A stretch of 64,000 nt of DNA from Lama glama. Its lineage: Eukaryota. Location of the stretch: NCBI GenBank assembly GCA_028534125.1, contig CM052832.1, forward strand, positions 16,928,001 through 16,992,000, written 5' to 3'. The translations under genes and the position numbers were made by a program. Positions within the stretch are counted from its first letter, which is position 1. Each line of letters starts with the position of its first letter. Below the pieces are notes generated by a model. That model searched no databases, was not told the DNA's origin, and saw nothing but the letters and a program-made list of their open reading frames with translations. This document shows positions 35,201 to 48,150 of the stretch, piece after piece.

Positions 35201-37102
35201 GAGGCCAGAGTGCTGCCCGGGAGATCTGTGCAGATGCTGAAGTCAGCCAGAATGAAGGTGGTGTCATGAGGAGAGTGCAGTGAGCCCCTGGGCTTCCAGT
35301 CTCCTTCTTGGAGAAGTTTTGATAATCATGGGACATGTGTCTCACTGGTATCGGGCACTCAGTCTACCGCAGGCATAGCCACACAATTGTATTAGTTTCT
35401 CATTTCACCCTGACCACTCTGAGGCTGGAGGTATCCGCTCTGTAAAATGCAAAAACAGAGATTCAGAAAATTAAGTAAATTGCCTTGAGGTCACAAAGCT
35501 TGGCTAAGCAGGGAGGCCAGGATTTGGCCCTGGGAGTCCACAGCCTGATCTGTAACTTGAAATGTTATACGGCTTCCTTTATTCCTCCTGCGCCCTGGTT
35601 TCCCTTTCATCTTCAGCTACAGTACTGCATCCTGCCTGTCCCAAAGTTAGGATCTGTCAGATGTTAATTTTCCTTGTCTTCTTCAGGTTTCCCCAACGTG
35701 GGCAAGTCCTCGCTGATCAACGGGCTGGTGGGGCGGAAGGTCGTGAGCGTCTCCAGAACCCCGGGCCATACCCGGTACTTTCAGACCTACTTCCTCACCC
35801 CCTCCGTGAAGCTCTGTGACTGTCCAGGCCTCACCTTCCCCTCCCTTCTGCCCAGGCAGTTGCAGGTACGAGGGCAGAGTGGGCAGCTGTGGCGAGAAGC
35901 CTGGAGGCCAGGAAGGTGCTGAGCGCTCTTGTCTCCCCTCAGGTCCTGGCGGGGATCTACCCCATCGCCCAGATCCAGGAGCCATACACGGCCGTGGGCT
36001 ACCTGGCCTCCCGAATCCCTGTGCAGGCCCTGCTCCACCTGCGCCATCCAGAGGCTGAGGACCCCTCCGCAGAACACCCCTGGTGTGCCTGGGACATCTG
36101 TGAAGGTGGGTTCCGTATGCCTGGCTTCTCCCCTCCCCTCCCCTCTCTCCGCAGAAGTCCTGCCATCAACCAGGTGGCTGGCCACTCACCCCTAGACTTC
36201 TGTCTCAGGGCCAGCAAGATCTTGGCCTGGAATGTTCTGGGGGAAACTGGAAAGACTGTATTAGGGTAGTGGGGTGATGGTGACTGGGCCCAGTTGATGG
36301 GCTTCCCTCCCCATTATCCTTTTTTCTCTCCAGCTTGGGCAGAGAAACGTGGTTACAAGACAGCCAAGGCGGCCCGAAATGATGTGTACAGAGCGGCCAA
36401 CAGCCTCCTGCGGCTGGCATTGGATGGCCGTCTCAGCCTGTGTTTTCACCCGCCGGGCTACAGCGAGCAGAAAGGTCAGTCAGCCAGTGTCCTTCCCCAG
36501 CCCCTGCTCTAGCGCAGGCAAAAGGGTGTGAGATTTGTGGCCACACAGAGCGAGGATTCCGGATTCTGCACCCATTGGCCAGTTGGATGTTACTAAGCAT
36601 CTCTGAGACTACTTCCTGATCTGCAAAACCAGAGTGGTAGCTGCCCCCAGCAAGGTGGGGGTCGAGACTGGAGTTAACGTGTGCAGAACTTCTGTTTGGT
36701 GCCCAGCACATGAGAGGCTGAATGAATGAGTGAACAGATGAATGCCAGCAGCTATAAAAGTTATTGTTATTCGTAGTCTTTGCCTCTTCCCCATCTTTTC
36801 CTGGTGTTAGTTTCTTGCTCAAAACTCTCCTCCATTCTTTTTCTTGTTTTGGTTCCCCAGGCACCTGGGAGTCCCATCCAGAGACCATGGAGCTGGTGGT
36901 TTTGCAGGGCAGGGTGGGGCCAGCAGGTGACGAGGAGGAGGAGGAAGAGGAAGAGCTGAGCAGCTCCTGTGAGGAGGAGGGAGAGGAGGACCGGGATGCG
37001 GATGAGGAGGGGGAAGGGGATGAGGACACCCCAACCTCAGCTCCAGGGTCCAGCCTGGCCGCCCGAAACCCATACGCCCTGCTGGGCGAGGATGAGTGCT
37101 GA
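28425..37102 (+). CDS. GNL1: Guanine nucleotide-binding protein-like 1 (HSR1), circularly permuted YlqF/YawG-family GTPase, 12 coding exons, 607 aa
   Basis: Exons: 28425-28497, 28917-29082, 29411-29547, 29706-29857, 29975-30046, 31028-31235, 31387-31482, 31846-32040, 35687-35865, 35943-36105, 36334-36474, 36861-37102. Total 1824 nt. Starts MPRKKPFSVKQKKKQLQDKRERKRG. G4 NKVD precedes G1 GFPNVGKS and G3 DCPG. Acidic tail ends NPYALLGEDEC. Confidence 0.98.
33020..34440 (-). mobile_element. L2 (antisense) with nested L1 3' end at ~34115-34295 (+)
   Basis: Purine-rich L2 text (gagcaggggaatgacaggatctgattt; gagatgttgaccaggcggtgggtatagg), interrupted by actgtatagcgtagggaactatattcag...gtaaatcaactatacttca. 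Confidence 0.7.
34628..34760. mobile_element. MER2/Tigger-family DNA transposon remnant
   Basis: ccattttatataagggacttgagcatccatggattttggtatcc...gagggccagctgta. Confidence 0.7.
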
Positions 37103-37191
37103 GTCCTTGTCCTGCTCCATCCTCCCCCCACCCCTAATATCTTTGCTTTTGGACTGACCTGGGGTCTCTCCCATCTGCCGCCCCAGTTATG

Positions 37192-37197
37192 AATAAA
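37192..37197 (+). terminator. Proximal polyadenylation signal of GNL1
   Basis: AATAAA 90 nt after the stop codon. Confidence 0.7.
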
Positions 37198-39659
37198 GAT
37201 TGTCTGCTTTGTAGCCCCTTCCCCAGATGGACTGAGGTGAAAGCAGCTGTGGGAGGCTTCTCTGCTCTTCTCCCTTCTTTTTCCAAGCATTCTCTTTACA
37301 AAGGAAGTGTTCTCTTAGGAGCTGATTCAGTGGGTTCTAAGGTCTGAAACCTGCTTCCTCTGCTCACTCTCCTACTTGTACCTTAGGAACCCCATCATCA
37401 ACATGGGGAAGCTGGGGGTCACTTCAGGCTTTTGAGGCCTGTTCTAAATCCAGCCCCCTTTGAGAGTTTGTGCCAGGCCCTCTGGGACTGGAGCAGCAGC
37501 CAGTGCGCCCCCTGCTGCCAGACCTGGGTTATACCAGGAGCTTCTGGGAGAAGAAGCAGTGAAGAGTTGTTACAGCTGATGTCTCCAAGTGAGATTTTCA
37601 CAGGATTTATTCGAAGTCAACAAATATTTATTGAGGGCTGACTGTGTGTCTGGACTTATGCTACACACTGAACATATAAAGATGCCTGACCTGAATAGAC
37701 AGCCTGGCCATGATCAAGATCCCGTTATCAGGCACCCTACTTGTTGGATTAAGAAGGGTGTATAATGTTCTCCAAATCCTTAGGTCTCATGCAATATAAT
37801 TCTAGAATCTCCTGTTGATGGAAATATTTAATTAAGACTAAAGGCTTGTGAAAATGTTAATTAAATGTGCACGAATAGTCTTAATTACTGGCAAACAAGT
37901 AGCGTGCACATTTATGATTTGATCAGGAGCCCTTTAAGTGTTAAGTTTCATTATTTAAAAGCCTGTATACACTCAGGGTGTACTAGATTCATAGGGAAGC
38001 ACACAGAACCAGTCTCCTGAATCCCACTTACCCTGGCTTGGGACGAGCCAGGGAGACCCAGTGCAGGGTCTGAGCTGTCTTGCCATGTCAGGCAAATCTC
38101 AGCAGAGATCAGCTCTCTTATGAGTCAGGGTATCTTAGGCCTGACTGTACTTCTCCGTTGTCAAGCAAGCAGTTGAACTCCTAGATTTAATTCTTGGAGA
38201 AAAGAGAGAGAATAGGCTTTGGTTTATTGGCTGCCACAGTGTCGTCTGGGTTGGGCAGTAGCAAAAAGTTGTTTGATAGGTTAGCCGTTAGGTGTAGGGG
38301 TGAGGAGAAGCAGGATGCCAGCTTCCTGTCTTTATTCTCAAGCATCCCACTTTGATTCTGGGGCCCCCAGCCAGTGTCTGTAATTCCAGCAGAGACCCTG
38401 TCACCCCAGGATCAAAAGAGGCTGAGATGTTTGGGCCACACATTCCCTCCAGCTCCCCTGTCATTGGTCCCAGTGAGGACATAGTCTGGGAATTTGCACT
38501 CCAGTGCAAAGTTTAAATACTACCGGCATGTGAACGTGCATGAAGATTGTCAAAAATGTGCTGTAAAAAAGTTTCAGTGGAGAGAAAAACCCACCTGTCT
38601 CCCATCTTAGTCTTTTTAGCTGCAGGGCTGTGTCTTCTGATGGAAGAAAGGGAACTCCAGCTCAGTGTCCTGTGAGGATTCATGATGATCAGGGAAGCTC
38701 AGGGGACTTCTCTGCTGTTGGAGGTAGCACTGCTACTGGGGACGTTGGGAGTGTCTCAAAAAGTGGAGAAAAGTGAGAAAAATCAGAATTTTATTTGTAC
38801 CCTTGCCTCTGTGCTGCTTCTCTTTGCTTGTCTTTATCTCTTGTTGAGTTTCTCCAGGGGCATTTAGGAGATCTGGGAGTGGGGATGAGAGTTGAGGCCT
38901 GGCGCTGAGGAGGTGGGTTTTTACACTGAAGATCTGGAAGGAGGTAACCCTAACATCCCCAGGGAGCTAGACTGGAAATGATTCTTCTCAGGTCCCTGTC
39001 AGTGACTCACTCTGTAGGAAAGTAACACTGGGAAAGAACTATCTTAGCAACAGATTTGGTAGGATAAACAATAACCCAAAACCAGTGCCTGAGGCTGAGG
39101 TTGAAACTGACTAAAAGACAAAGGAAATTGAGGCCAGTCTCTCCTCAATGAAATACCCAGGACCCCTGTCCTCACACCCCTCTACCTGGGCCACATCCAC
39201 TGTGGAGATACTTGACCATGGAGGTCTCAGGCTCTGAGAGTTCCCACAGCTTCTGTTTCTTGATGGAGAGAAACTAGTGCTTCTCTTTCATGCTGGAATT
39301 CCATTTAGATGCTGAGCAACTTCCTTCTGAGCTTCCCTTTTTCTAGACTGAGTTCCAGTCCTGGTTCTGGGACAAGGTAGCTGTGTGTGGTCCAGAGTAG
39401 TTCAATTATCTGGGCCTCTAATTCTTTATTTCTTATTATCATTGATACAATCAACGAAATTGGTTGAAGACAATGTCAGATATGCTGAGTTCTGGGACAA
39501 AACAAAGTTGAGTAAGGAATAGACCTTACCCTCCAAGAATAGAATAGCCAGACACTAATAATAATATAATTCCATAGCACTGTGTAAATTATAAAGGAAT
39601 TACTTTACATGAATCTATTGAACTGTTGTAACTAAGTAGATAGAAATGTAATCACCCCA

Positions 39660-40950
39660 GGGATTCATTAGACAATCGAATATTTGTCGAACAATTAAAA
39701 CAATTACTATTTTGCCAGTTGCTGCTCAGTGGTTAGTGATACAGAAATGGTCACAATTTATTGAAAAATGGAAGCAATTAAATAGATAATTACCAAAAAA
39801 GTGTGATAAGTGCCATGAGAAAGGGTGGAACAAGGTTCCGTGGGCTAGTGGTGGCTCCACGTAGAAGGGTCTTGTGATGCTGGTCAGGAAGGAATGGAGG
39901 ACAGGTCTGGAAGCTGTGATGCTGTAGCAAGTTATGTGAGGCTGAAAAAAAATCAGTGGTCTGTGGTAAAGAATTGCTATGGGAACACTCAACAGGGGCC
40001 AGTCTTTGTGAGTTAGAGGAAGCCTCTGAGAGGAACAGAGATCCAAGCTGAGGCCTGAAGATAGAGCAGGAGTTAGCCAGGCTCACTCACAGAGGAGACA
40101 GCAAAAGTCAAGGAAGAAGCACAGGACAGTTTGGCAAGACTCATTCAGCATGGCTGGGGCAGACAAGTGAGGAAAGGTGAAGTTGGAGAAGTAGGGCTGG
40201 GCCACCTCTCACTGGGCTTTGTCAGCCATGCTAAAGATGAAGACTTTATCCAGAGGAATGCTGAAAAATTTTAAGCCTAAGACCAAGGAGAGATTTGTGC
40301 CTTAGATCATTTTGGTTGCAGTATGGAGACTGGCTTGAAAAGAGGAAGAGAGACCAGAGGCTTTTGCAGAGATCCAGGGGAAGGGAATGGAAACCAGAAT
40401 TCAGGGGCTTGAAGGAAGAGGTGTGGCTGCAGATTTGGGCATCATTAGCATGTGGGTGGGAGGAGAGTAGCTGAGATCATCCACCAGAGAGTGTTTAGCA
40501 TGAGAAGAGAAGAGGGCTGAGGAATGTGGAGAAGATATATAAATGAGGGCAGGGAAAGAGGAACCAGCAGACAGGATAAAACCTAGGAAGTATGGTGCGA
40601 TGAAAGCCAGGGGAAGGAGGAAGGAAGGGCGCCACATGGAATGCTGCTGAGAAGTGATGACAAGAATGAAGTGTCCACTGGATTTAGTAACAAGGAGCCT
40701 TGCTGATCTTAGAGGGAGCAGTTTCATGGGATAGGTGAGATCAGATGTCCCGGATGTCAAAAGATTGAGGAATAATTTGGAAGAAGGAAGTGGAGAAAAG
40801 GATATAATTTTCAAGAAGTGTGGTTGTGTTGCAAAGAGAAAGATGTAGAGAGCAGAATATGTAAAAATGAGGAATTTTTTTTAAAGTTTTGAGCGTTTTA
40901 ACATGTTGTTTGGAAGAAGGGTTAAGTGAAGGAGGAAAGGTTGAGAGTGC
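39660..40950 (-). mobile_element. L2 (antisense)
   Basis: gaagtgtccactggatttagtaacaaggag...gagcagtttcatggg and other L2-like purine-rich motifs. Confidence 0.65.
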
Positions 40951-41280
40951 AAAGTGGGGACTAGTGATGAAACAAGCCCTGGAGAGCGGGCGGGGGTGGC
41001 ACTGACAGTCCCAGTGCAGGGATTACCCTCCGGCAGGAGCCTCGTGGCTTCTGCCGTAATAGGAGGAAACAGCGCTGACATTCAGCCGGTTTGCACTGGT
41101 ACAGCTCAACCAGTTGTTTAAACACTTCTGTACCAGTTAGTAAGTAGTTAAGAGTAACTGCAATAAGCAGTAAATATAATTAATAAAATAAATTATAATA
41201 TGAACTCATCAGTTCAAGCTGATTAAGAGATCGCGACAGCCATTGGTAAATGGGCTACCTGCTGCACCTGAGACGCTCTG

Positions 41281-41315
41281 CAGCGCCATCTGCCGGTGGG
41301 GCAGCATCACTGCAG
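41281..41315 (-). promoter_or_regulatory. Candidate CTCF site with upstream module
   Basis: The minus strand reads CTGCAGTGATGCTGCCCCA-CCGGCAGATGGCGCTG: core plus a CTGCAG upstream motif. Confidence 0.7.
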
Positions 41316-41669
41316 GCTGAGCGGCTGCTTTGCGCCTTACTAAACTCTACAACTGCCTGTTTAAATTTGAATTCTGGAGTTGCTACTGCTTCTAAATAGT
41401 TTAGCTTCTACTTTGATTTTATTGCTAGTACATTGTCATTCTTGTGTCAGTAGTAAGTTACAGTGTTTTACTATTTACAAATTCAAGAATTTTTAATAAA
41501 ATGTTAAAACCAAACTTGAATAAAGAGACAATAAAGTTTGGATATGTTTCTTAGTGTGCCTTCTGAAATATAATTGAGAATCTTTTGTTTCCACGGGAGA
41601 ACAAAGAAGAGATTATATTAATGAGCTGCTGCCTGGAATGTCTTCTGTTACTGTGTAAAAAAAAATATG

Positions 41670-44600
41670 GAAATTCTAAATTTTGTTTTGAAAATTGTCT
41701 AACACACAGGAAAACTGAAAAAAGGGACAATAAACACCCAAAGACTCAACACAAGGATTCAACAGATCCTAACATTTTGCCACATTTGCTTTACTAGTCC
41801 CTGTCTTATCTATCCATCTATTTGTCTACTTACTTTTTTTTCTCCTGAACTAGTTGAAAGTGAGTTGCAGGCATCATGACCATTCATCCCTAAGTCATCA
41901 ATATATATCTTACACAACCACAATATCATGTCTAATGAGTTAATAATTCCTAATATTATCTACATAGTCAAGCTTTCCCAAGTTAAATATCTTTTATAGC
42001 ATTAAATAAACTAACCAAGATCCAGTCAAGTTCCACATACTGCTTTTTGTTGTCCTTCTCTCTCCCCTTTTGTTTTTAATCCAGAACAATCCAGTCTTTT
42101 TTTCTTCATAGAATTGATTCTTTGAAGTGACTAGGCTAGTTGTCTTATAGAATATCCTAACTTCTGAATCTGTCTTATTATTTCTTTGCTGTCATTTAAC
42201 TTGTTCCTCTAGCCCCTTGTTTTTTTTTAATTAAAAAATTAGATTCTAGTTTTCCAATATGGGGACTAATTCTTCAAAAGTGCCATATGCTTCACATTGC
42301 TTTACATCAGAATGCATGTAATATGAAGTCACTGAGGCTGAGTGTAATCACTTGGTTAAGGTGGATACTGTCCGATCTTCCCTGTGAAGGTAAAGTGTTC
42401 CCCTTTGCAGTTAGGAAGTCATCTGCATGGTTCTTTGACACTGTGAATGTTCTCAAAAACTTCCACCTAATAATTGGCATCCGTAGTGATCTTTGCTTGA
42501 ATAAGTTATTTCATCAGGGGTTACAAATGGTGCTTTTCTATTTTTTCCACTCCTACATTTATAAGGGAGTATTTATCTAGAAAGGAGCTTTCCCTCATCA
42601 ACTGGGAAAGTAGGATTCCTTCTAGAAAGCCATGATAAATTCTCAATTATTTCCATTTAATTACCAGTTCTCACAGTAAGGTGGTAGTATATTAATCTAC
42701 AACAGTACAAAATTACATTCTTTTTTTCTAAACTATAGATTCAGGGTTTTTATCTATTTAGTATTTTACAGTCAGTTACAGTCATTCTTCTTATGTTCAA
42801 ACTGTACCAAAATGTGTCCAGGAGGAGTCCTTTTAAGCCGACTCCCGTGTCTTTTTGACATGCTCCCAAAGTTGTCTGTGACCACTTTCTTGCTTCTGGC
42901 ACAAAAGATGTTCTAGGCTTAGTTTTTACTTCTTTCCCAAGTTCCAGACATGGAATCAGCCATTTCTCCATTAGGTGCTGGGAGAACTCCATTAGGTATC
43001 ACTGCTTTAAGATACTTTCAGTGTTCCAATTCAAATTACACATTATAGTTTTCTCTGTTAACTTCTTTGATTTTATATTTTATATATTTTATCAGGATAA
43101 TTGAACATCTTAATAACCTTAACATATTTATCTATTTGCTTTATCCTAAAATATACGTAAAATAGTTTCAAAATTGCAATATTTAATACCGCTACTAACA
43201 ATAAAATTGCTAAATGAAGTTGAACATTTATTTGCTGTTCTTTTAGTCTTTAGAATATTTACCATGAGGGATATACAGAATACTGTATGCAAGTCACCTG
43301 AGATAATTATTTTCCATAATGTTTACCATAAAATATGCTAAATAAATAGGTTCATATGCTTTAGTTTTCAATTGTAGACTTTGATTTTTCTTTTTATATT
43401 AAAGTTATTTAAAATATGTAAAACATTTACAACTTCAAAAGTAAAAATGAGATTTTAAAAAAAGGTATTCAGACAAGTATGTTTATCTTATTTTCACCAT
43501 CAGTTTCTTCCTTCCCCCTTCAAGTAACCATTCTTAATGGTTTCTGTTTCATTCTTCCAGAGTGTCTTTTTACAAAAACAAACACACGTTATAAATATTA
43601 TTTAATCTTCTTTTTTACATAAAGAGTAGCATTGTACAGACTTCTAAATTTTTACTTTTATTAATTTTTTCTTAATTTATACAATTTTTAAAGGTTACTT
43701 TCCACATAGTTATCACAAAATATTGGCTCTATTACCGGGGTTGTATAATACATCCTTGAGCCTATCGTACACCCGGATAGTTTGTACCTCCCACTCCCCC
43801 ATCCCTACATTGCCCCCCACCACACACTGGTAACCACTAGCCTGTGCTCTATATCTGTGAGTCTGATTCTTTTATGTTATATTCACTAATTGGGGTTTTT
43901 TAAAATTCCACATATAAGCAATCTCATACAGTATTTATCCTGTCTGGAGTTTGCTAAGCACTTGAATTTGTGAAAAACTGCTTTGTGAAATACACTGTTA
44001 AGAAAATGAAAGCCAAGCCACAGCCTGGGAGAAAACATTTGCAAAGCACATATCTGACAAAGTATTGGTAACCAAAATATGCAAAAAACGCTTAAAAACC
44101 CAACAGTAAGAAAACAAACACAATTAAAACATGGGCAAAAAATCTGGACACCTTACATCTTACCAAAGAAGATATACAGATGGCAAATAAACACATGAAA
44201 ATATGCTCCACACCATATATCATTAGGTAATTGCAAATTAAAATAGTGAGATACCACTACACATCTATTAGAACGGCTGTAATTCAAAATGCTGACAACA
44301 CCAAATGATGTTGAGGACATGGAACAACACACTTCATTCATTGCTGGTGGGAATGCAGAGTGGTACAGCCACTCTGGCAGTGTCATAAAACTGCACATAC
44401 TCTTATCACATTATCCAGCAATCATACTCCATGGTGTTTAGTGTTTACTCAAGTAAGAGGAAATTTCTGTCCACTCAAAATCCTGCACATGAATGTTTAC
44501 AGCAGCTTTATTCATAATTACCAAACTTGGAAGCAACCAAAATGTCCTTCAATGGGAAAATGGATAAATAAACTGTGGTACATCCAGACAATGGAATATC

Positions 44601-45135
44601 ATTCAATGACAAAAATAAACGAGCTATCAAGCTGTGAAAAGACATGGAGGAATCTTAAATGCACATTGCCAAGTGAAAGAAGCCAATCTGAAAAAGCTGA
44701 ATACTGTATGATTCCAACTCTACACCATTCTGGAAAAGGCAAAATTGTTGAGACTGCAAAAAGTCAGTGGTTGCCAGGTGTTCAGAAGGAAGGGAGAAAT
44801 GGATGATATATGCCATATATTTGTTTATGTATATGTTTGTTTTATATATATATACACACATATCAATATATAATATCATATATACATAATAGAGAGGTAG
44901 ATATATAGCACTATATATTTGTCAAAACCTGTAGAATATGCAACACCTAGAATGAACCCTAATGTAAACTATGGTCTTTGGTTAATAATAATGTACTAAT
45001 ATTGAAATAAATGTACCACACTAATGCAAGATGTTAACAAGAGGGGAAATTAGTGGAAGTGATGATGGGGATATGGGAACTCTGCACTTTCTACTCAAAC
45101 CTAAAATTAGTCTAAGGTTGTAAAGTCTATTAATT
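41670..45135. mobile_element. Cluster of old L1 fragments (L1ME/MC-like on -, L1 3' end at ~43665-43945 on -, L1MB/MC-like ORF2 end + 3' UTR at ~43995-45135 on +)
   Basis: AT-rich. The translation WKQPKCPSMGKWINKLWYIQTMEY is the L1 ORF2 C-terminus, and typical 3' UTR motifs are present. Confidence 0.75.
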
Positions 45136-45579
45136 TTTAGCGAGCGGTGGGTAGTCTATGCTGGACATTCTGCATTTGCCACTATTCAGTGTTTTTCACC
45201 CTGCTCTGCCCTGGCAGGGTAACCTTTTTAGATAGCCTGAATGGGCTCCCGGGCACTCTGGCTTCTGGTTGTTTTCACCCTCTCGGAAACATCAGTTGAA
45301 TTAGGGATCACAAAAAGAGTGAAGTAGGGATGTTTGTTTCCCAGGATTCCTTCTTGCTCATCTGTGGGTTGGCAATATCTTATTCCTCTAACGAAGGCTA
45401 CAGTTCTAGTTGGGTGCTCTCTTCTACAATTACAGAAACTGGAACTGCTCATTCCCTTTGCCTCTGAAGGCCCTAACTGCTGCTGCTAGCCCCCAGATTC
45501 TTTACCATGCCCTCTTAGGTTTCTTTAAAGCTGCCCATATCTATGAAAATAATCTCCTTGTTAAGTTGTACTCTATTAT

Positions 45580-47690
45580 CCTGCACCATTTTATATTCCC
45601 ACCAGCAGTATGTAAGACTTGTCAACATGTGTTACTTTCTTCTTGGGGGATAGTAGCCATCTTAATGATTGTGAAGTGGCATCTCACTGTGGTTTTGACT
45701 TGCATTTCCCTAATCATTAAAGATGTTAGGCCTCTTCTTATGTGCTTATTGGCCATTTGTATATCTTCTTTGAAGAAACGTCTATTCAAGTCATTTGCCC
45801 ATTTTTAATCAAGTTGTTTGCTTTTTTGTTGAGTTTTTGGAGTCCTTTATATGTTCTGAGTATTAATTCTTTATCATGTATATGATATCAGATATTCACA
45901 AACATTTTCTCCCATTCTATGGGTAGCATTTTTACTCCATTGATAATGTCCTTTGATGCACAAAAGTTTTTAAGTTTCATGAAGTCCAATTTTTCTGTGT
46001 TTCCTTTTGTTGCCTCTGCCTTTGGTGTCATATCCAAGAAATTGTTGCCAAAGCCAATACTGTGAAATTTTCCCCCTATGTTTTCTTCTAAGCATTTTAT
46101 AGTTTTAGCTGTTATGTTTGGGTCTTTGATCCATTTTGGTTTATTTTTGTATATCATGTTAGGTAAGTTTTCAAGTGCATTTTTTTTCATGAAGCTATCC
46201 ACTTTTCTCAGCACTATTCATTGAAAAGATATCCTTTACCCATTGGCTTGTCTTAGCACTGTTGTCAAAAATGATTTGGCCATACGTGTGAGGGTTTATT
46301 TCTGGGCTCTCTATGTGTCTGCCTTTGTGCTTGTGCCACACTATGTTGATTACTGTGGCTTTGTAATAAGTTTTGAAATCAGGAAGTGTGATTTCTCCAC
46401 TTTTGTTCTTTTTCAAGATTGTTTTGGCTATTTGGAGTCCCTTGAGATTCCATACGAATTTGAGGATGGATTTTTCTAGTTCTGCAAAAAATGTCATTGG
46501 GATTTTGATAGGGATCACACTGAAGCTGTGGGTTGCACAGGTAGTATTGGGTAGTATTGACACCTTTACCGCCTTTGTTTTCTTCTAGAAGTTCTAAGGT
46601 TTCAGGTCTTACACACAAGTCTTTAATCCATTTTGAGTTACTTTTAGTGTATAGTATAAGATACTGGTCCAGTTTCATTCTTTTGCATGTTACTGTCCAG
46701 TTTTCCCAGCACCATTTGTTGAAGAGACTGTCCCCTCCCCCATTGTATATTCTTGACTCCGTTGTTGTAAATTAATTTACCATATATGTGTGGGTTTATT
46801 TCTGGGCTCTCTGTCTGTTCTGTTGATCTACATGTCTGTTTTTATACCAATACCACACTATTTTGATTACTATAGCTTTGTAATACAGTCTGAAATCAGG
46901 GAGTGTGATGCCTTCAGCTTTGTTCTTCTTTCTCAAGATTGCTTTGGCTATTGGGGTCTTTTGTGGTTCCACACAAATTTTAGGATTGTTTATTCTATTT
47001 CTGTAAAAACTGCCACTGGAATTTTAATAGAGTGTGCACTGAATCTGTAGATCACTTTTGGGACATTTTAACAATATTAATTCTTTCAATCATGAGCATG
47101 GACTATCTTTCTATGTATTTGTGTTTTCTTCAATTTCTTTAACATTTTATAGGTGTCAGTGTAAAGGTTTTTCACCTCCTTGGTTAAATTTATTCCAAGG
47201 TTTTTTATTCTTTTGATGCAATTTTAAATGAGATTAGATTATTGATTTTTATCCTGCAACTTTACTGTTTTATGATTAGTTTTAACAGGCTTTTTGTTTG
47301 TTTGTTTGTTTTGTGGCGTCTAGGATTTTCTGCATATAATACGATGTCATCTGCAGATAGTGACGATTCTACTTCTTTTATGATCTGGATGCCTTTATTT
47401 CCTTTTCTTGCCTGATTGCTCTGGCTATGATTTCCAACACTATGTTGAATGAAAGTGATGAGAGTGGGCATCCTTGTTTCATTCCTAATCTTAGAGAAAG
47501 AGCTTTCAGCTTTTCATTGTTGAGTATGATGTTTGCTGTGGTCTTGCCATAAATGGTCCTCATTATGTTGAGGTACATTCCCTCTATACCCACATTACTG
47601 AGAGTTTTTTATCATAAATGGATGTTGAACTTTGTCAAATGCTTTTTATGCATCTATTGAGATGATCATATGATTTAACAGATAATGATT
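45580..47690 (-). mobile_element. Two adjacent degenerate L1 ORF2 fragments
   Basis: Minus-strand translations [40 protein letters not shown] (reverse transcriptase), with many stops and frameshifts. Confidence 0.9.
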
Positions 47691-47854
47691 ATTAAATATA
47701 TGAAAACATCTGTAATCATTTTGACACAGCATTAAGAAAAGATTCAAACAACATGGTTTAAAACAAATTTGCCCCCTTTTAAAGGCATTCTTCTTTGTGG
47801 AAACATTTCTTTGTAACTCCAACTACTTGACTATTTAAAAATGGAAGTTCTATT

Positions 47855-48150
47855 TCTTTTTTAGAAATTGATGTATAATTAACACATAAGATTATATTAG
47901 TTTCAGATACACAACATAATGATTTGACATTTGTATATGTTGGGAAATGATCAGCATTAGTTTAGTAACATCTGTGACCTTGCTTAGTTATAAAATTTTC
48001 TTTCTTGTGATAAGAACTTTTAAGATGTTCTCTCTTAGCAACTTTCAAATATGCAATATGTATTATCAACTATAGTCACTATGTTATACATCATATCCCC
48101 AAGACTTATTTTATTACTAAAAGTTTGTACTTTTTGACCTCCTTCATCCC
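47855..48150 (-). mobile_element. L1 3' end (L1MA9-like)
   Basis: gaacttttaagatgttctctcttagcaactttcaaatatgcaat...actatagtcactatgttatac. Confidence 0.7.

Noticed and set aside
35866..35942. 77-nt GNL1 intron as a mirtron
   Set aside because: Some arm pairing, but the splice-site ends do not pair cleanly. This is explained by ordinary G-rich 5' / pyrimidine-rich 3' intron composition.
36433..37290. 285-aa minus-strand ORF
   Set aside because: Antisense to the low-complexity acidic GNL1 last exon and a MIR-containing intron.
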